Of a DNA stretch of 19,692 bases, positions 16,636 to 19,692 are shown in pieces. Below the pieces are notes generated by a model that ran no database searches, had not been told where the DNA came from, and saw only the letters and a list, made by a program, of their open reading frames with translations. The stretch's first letter is position 1; each line of letters opens with the position of its first letter. Position numbers and translations under genes: made by a program. Origin of the DNA: Candidatus Micrarchaeota archaeon (lineage in GTDB: Archaea; Micrarchaeota; Micrarchaeia; Anstonellales; Bilamarchaeaceae); assembly GCA_043816005.1 (NCBI GenBank), contig JBDRIM010000027.1, positions 1-19,692 on the forward strand, in the 5' to 3' direction.

Positions 16636-17592
16636 CTATGTCGCATGAGCCAAATCCAACTCTACGTAAGCAGCAGGATGAAACTTACCATCCAACTGAA
16701 TATCAGTTGAAGAAAGGCCTACTCTCTTAGCTGCATTACCTCTGTTTACGGCCAGATGAAGCGAACCAGTAGAGTATGGAACGAATAAAATATCGTCGCT
16801 GCTACCATCTGCAAATGTGCGAGCAAGACGTGCACGTGCATCAAGCTCGATTCCAGGAGCGCGTAATCTGAAAGATATGACTGATCCAATTAACTCTTGT
16901 GGCAAATGATTTGGCACAGTAGTTGCAATGTTTCCAAATTCACCCACATGATCAATATCTACTATCGAACCTTTGCGATGAGTAGTATTGCTATCTGTCA
17001 AAAGCGTTATTGAAGTTAGCGTTGCTGGATCTAATAAGGATCCAAATTCTTCGATAGGAACACCACGTGCAAGATGAGCAGCAACTGGAACAAAAACATC
17101 ACGGCCATGGAAGGTATCTGAATCTGCATGATCAAGAAGGGTAAGTTCTCTATTTTCAATGGCAACTGCACGATCAATGCCCTGTTCTTTAGTTACCAGC
17201 GAAAGCAAACCATTATCCGGTCCGACTAAATATTTGCCAGTTTGCGTTCGAACAACTATCCCCTTTCTATCTGTTCCTACGCCTGGATCTACTACTGCAA
17301 CGTAAATAATTCCAGATTGTTCTGTAGGTCTTCGTGCAGCTTTCCACAACCGCCATGCGCCTATGAGAACATTACCCGCAGGTACTTCGTGCGTAATAGT
17401 TCTAACGTTGGAATGCGATGTTATGGACCCGATTGCTGACTCTAATTCGTAGTGTGAAATACCGCTAGTACCAAAATCAGTGAGTAGCGAAATCTGCGGG
17501 TCATGACACAAGCCAAATATACGGGCTGCGCCAGTTGAGGCTACACGTAAGGCAACATTAGGACGTTTAAGTTCGTATCGGGTAAATCTCAT
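16636..17592 (-). CDS. SAM hydroxide adenosyltransferase (DUF62; SAM-dependent halogenase/hydrolase family)
   Basis: ISLLTDFG, VAVVDPGVGTDR, GPDNGLL, TFHGRDVF, FGN and LAVNRGNAA motifs. The Asp-Arg-His triad of the hydrolase subfamily is present. Confidence 0.92.
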   Translation of the reverse strand: MRFTRYELKRPNVALRVASTGAARIFGLCHDPQISLLTDFGTSGISHYELESAIGSITSHSNVRTITHEVPAGNVLIGAWRLWKAARRPTEQSGIIYVAVVDPGVGTDRKGIVVRTQTGKYLVGPDNGLLSLVTKEQGIDRAVAIENRELTLLDHADSDTFHGRDVFVPVAAHLARGVPIEEFGSLLDPATLTSITLLTDSNTTHRKGSIVDIDHVGEFGNIATTVPNHLPQELIGSVISFRLRAPGIELDARARLARTFADGSSDDILFVPYSTGSLHLAVNRGNAAKRVGLSSTDIQLDGKFHPAAYVELDLAHAT

Positions 17593-17617
17593 ACTAATGA
17601 TTAAAAATATTCATATA

Positions 17618-17625
17618 TTTATATA
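17618..17625 (-). promoter_or_regulatory. Candidate TATA box for the SAM hydrolase gene
   Basis: TATATAAA on the minus strand is centred about 29 nt upstream of the ATG at 17592. The region is very AT-rich, so specificity is low. Confidence 0.45.
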
Positions 17626-17634
17626 TTTTTGATA

Positions 17635-17658
17635 AAATTATTCCTATTAGAATAATTT
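17635..17658. terminator. Inverted repeat after the aminotransferase stop (terminator or operator)
   Basis: AAATTATTC-CTATTA-GAATAATTT has perfect 9-bp arms and lies 4 nt downstream of the stop, just upstream of the next TATA box. Confidence 0.4.
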
Positions 17659-17662
17659 AATG

Positions 17663-18946
17663 TTAAACTTTAGCCATGAATCCGTTGCAACCGAGGTATT
17701 TTTCTGCCAATTCTTTTTTGATGCCATTCGAGACAACATTAATTGCATTGATTATTGCATCCACTGCAAATTCAACCTGTTCTTTTGACAATGTAAGTGG
17801 CGGATGAATCCTAAGTGTGCTATTTCCTTTTCCAAAATAACCTGCATATACTCCATGTTCGAGTGCCTGGAGTCCGATAATCTTTCCAAACTGGTAGTTT
17901 TGTACAATGCCTTCCAGTCCATTAACCCAACCCAATCCCCGGACTAACAATTCCGGTGATTTTCTTTTGATAAGATGTCTGAAATATTCGCCATTTTCTA
18001 AAGTTTTTGTAAGTATTTTTTCCCGTTCGATAATTTCGATTATTTTCAATACAACTGAACAGGTCGGTGGATGTGCAAAATATGACGACACATGCGAACC
18101 TCGCGGAAGCGTATCCAATATTTTTTTAGATCCAACAACTGCACTAAATGGTGCATACCCTCCTCCGAAACCCTTTCCAAGAACAATTAAATCCGGTGTT
18201 ACTCCTTCGTGTTCAACTGCGAACCACTTTCCTGTTCTTCCTGCCCCAGTAAGGATTTCATCAGCAATCAGAATTGTCATGTACTGTTCGCATAATTGTT
18301 TTATACTTGATAAAAAATTCTTTGGAGGTATAATATTTCCGCCATCACCCTGAATCGGTTCTATAATCACTGCTGCTATACTCCCCGTCTTTAACAAGTC
18401 CTGCAATTTACCAAGAACCCCGTACGCTTGTTCTTCATTTTGCGGGAAGTCCAATGTTTTAGTTAAACTTTTTCTTAGATTATCAAAATCCTGATGAACA
18501 GAAAAATCACTAGCAAGATAGGAAAGAAAACCGCCACCGTGATATGCATTTCTAAAATTAACTATTATTTTTTTTCCTGTAAAAATTTGGGCGCATTTGA
18601 TTGATGCTTCTATTGCATCTGAACCTCCAAGACCGAAAATTATTCCTTTTCTATCTGCTTCAGGAGTTATCCCGAATAATCTTTCTGAGAGTTCGATACA
18701 TTCGCGAGTGGGGCTATACTGGAAATTAGTATATGTAAGTTTTTTGGCTGTGTCGCAATATGCCTGAATAATTTCCTGATTTGCATAACCCAAAGTTGCA
18801 ACTGCAGATCCTGACAGCAAATCCAAATATCTATTACTATCCTCGTCTTCAATGTATTCCTGGTATGCCTGTTTTATCGCCACAGGATAAAGCTGGAGTT
18901 GCTGGCATTTTGCAATATTCGTCTGAAACGATTGGAAGGTGTTCAT
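17663..18946 (-). CDS. Class III PLP-dependent aminotransferase (4-aminobutyrate/acetylornithine aminotransferase-like)
   Basis: YLDLLSG, GSDAIEASIK, FRNAYHG, IEPIQGDGG, ADEILTGAGRTG, PLP lysine in LGKGFGGG, and LRIHPPL. Confidence 0.93.
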   Translation of the reverse strand: MNTFQSFQTNIAKCQQLQLYPVAIKQAYQEYIEDEDSNRYLDLLSGSAVATLGYANQEIIQAYCDTAKKLTYTNFQYSPTRECIELSERLFGITPEADRKGIIFGLGGSDAIEASIKCAQIFTGKKIIVNFRNAYHGGGFLSYLASDFSVHQDFDNLRKSLTKTLDFPQNEEQAYGVLGKLQDLLKTGSIAAVIIEPIQGDGGNIIPPKNFLSSIKQLCEQYMTILIADEILTGAGRTGKWFAVEHEGVTPDLIVLGKGFGGGYAPFSAVVGSKKILDTLPRGSHVSSYFAHPPTCSVVLKIIEIIEREKILTKTLENGEYFRHLIKRKSPELLVRGLGWVNGLEGIVQNYQFGKIIGLQALEHGVYAGYFGKGNSTLRIHPPLTLSKEQVEFAVDAIINAINVVSNGIKKELAEKYLGCNGFMAKV

Positions 18947-19692
18947 CAGGCCACCTTCTGTTCAGTAAGCTGATCCTGGTATCTGTTTACTACTTCTACA
19001 ATTCTCTCAATTCCAACAAGGTGCAGGAGCAATTCAAAATCTTTGATAACCGAACCTAGAACACTGGCCTTTTTCTGATCTGTAATTCCTTCGAGAAGGG
19101 CCCGTCTCCCTCTTTTTAGGAGCTGTTGTAAACCATCTAAACCTGCAGGGTTTGGCTGAAATTCATATCCATTTACCAAAAAATCTGGTGCGTAGGGCGG
19201 TATTTCGCATCTGTTGGTTATTATATATCCATTTAGCAGTGGTGGGTGGAGAGTTTTTAATAAATCTGGATTTCCGCTAATCTCCTGAAGTACTGCAAAT
19301 CTAACATAATTAAAATATTCTTCAGAATTATTGCCTATTGTCATCTCCAAACGATTTTGACTTTCTCTCAAGTCAAATGCAAATGCATGAAGAACTGCAT
19401 ACTGCTTTCCCTGTAGTTCAGTTTTGCCTTTTTCTTTTGATTTGGTTCCCAACGCATCCAATGCTATTCGAGCATATCTATATTTTGCTCCAATAATCTC
19501 AATAATGTGATTTATCGCATCCAAATCAAGAAAAGTTGGAATGTTAAAAGAAATTCCTACGTTTGGGAAACATATTGCTGAAAACTCTTCAATAAGGGCA
19601 AATGTATCTCTTACCTGTTCTTCTACTTCGCCATATCTTACTAATCCACAAGCACTGCTGATACCTGCTCCACTGACAAACTCAACATTGCA
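18946..19692 (-). CDS. Hypothetical protein, 5'-truncated by the window edge; contains a GAGIS motif
   Basis: The frame is open from 19692 (CNVEFVSGAGISSACGLVRYGEVEE...) into the listed 192-aa ORF, so the TTG at 19524 is not the start. TGATG overlap with the aminotransferase start. Confidence 0.7.
   Translation of the reverse strand, partial: CNVEFVSGAGISSACGLVRYGEVEEQVRDTFALIEEFSAICFPNVGISFNIPTFLDLDAINHIIEIIGAKYRYARIALDALGTKSKEKGKTELQGKQYAVLHAFAFDLRESQNRLEMTIGNNSEEYFNYVRFAVLQEISGNPDLLKTLHPPLLNGYIITNRCEIPPYAPDFLVNGYEFQPNPAGLDGLQQLLKRGRRALLEGITDQKKASVLGSVIKDFELLLHLVGIERIVEVVNRYQDQLTEQKVA

Noticed and set aside
16636..17592. Fluorinase or chlorinase
   Set aside because: TFHGRD with the Asp-Arg-His triad marks the hydroxide (hydrolase) subfamily rather than FlA or SalL.
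18701..18707. TTCGCGA in the aminotransferase as a third palindromic element
   Set aside because: Isolated heptamer with no flanking hairpins, CATG repeats or peptide insertion.

Overview
AT-rich archaeal window. DNA topoisomerase VI A/B, a Pno1/Dim2 KH protein, GGTGA Shine-Dalgarno sites and TATA boxes show the archaeal origin. A DPANN lineage such as Micrarchaeota is my inference only. The left part holds a single-HKD PLD-family protein, an archaeal ATPase-wHTH gene, and a divergent pair of large unexplained envelope genes. These are a 1604-aa single-pass membrane protein ending in a Zn ribbon and an 838-aa Cys-rich lipoprotein with a lytic-transglycosylase (SLT) domain and a possible glycoside-hydrolase-like barrel. 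A perfect 2 x 90-bp intergenic repeat follows. The rest is a minus-strand run: top6A, top6B, pno1, a HEAT-like protein, a bacterial-type metG, a free-standing HTH-HTH-LAGLIDADG gene, a DUF62 SAM hydrolase, a class III aminotransferase and a truncated ORF with a GAGIS motif. Two signals stand out. First, two related ~54-bp double-hairpin elements sit in frame and in opposite orientations inside metG, each flanked by CATG and a ~13-bp target duplication. Second, the envelope gene pair may be a contact or cell-wall-penetration module carrying a peptidoglycan-type enzyme in an archaeon.
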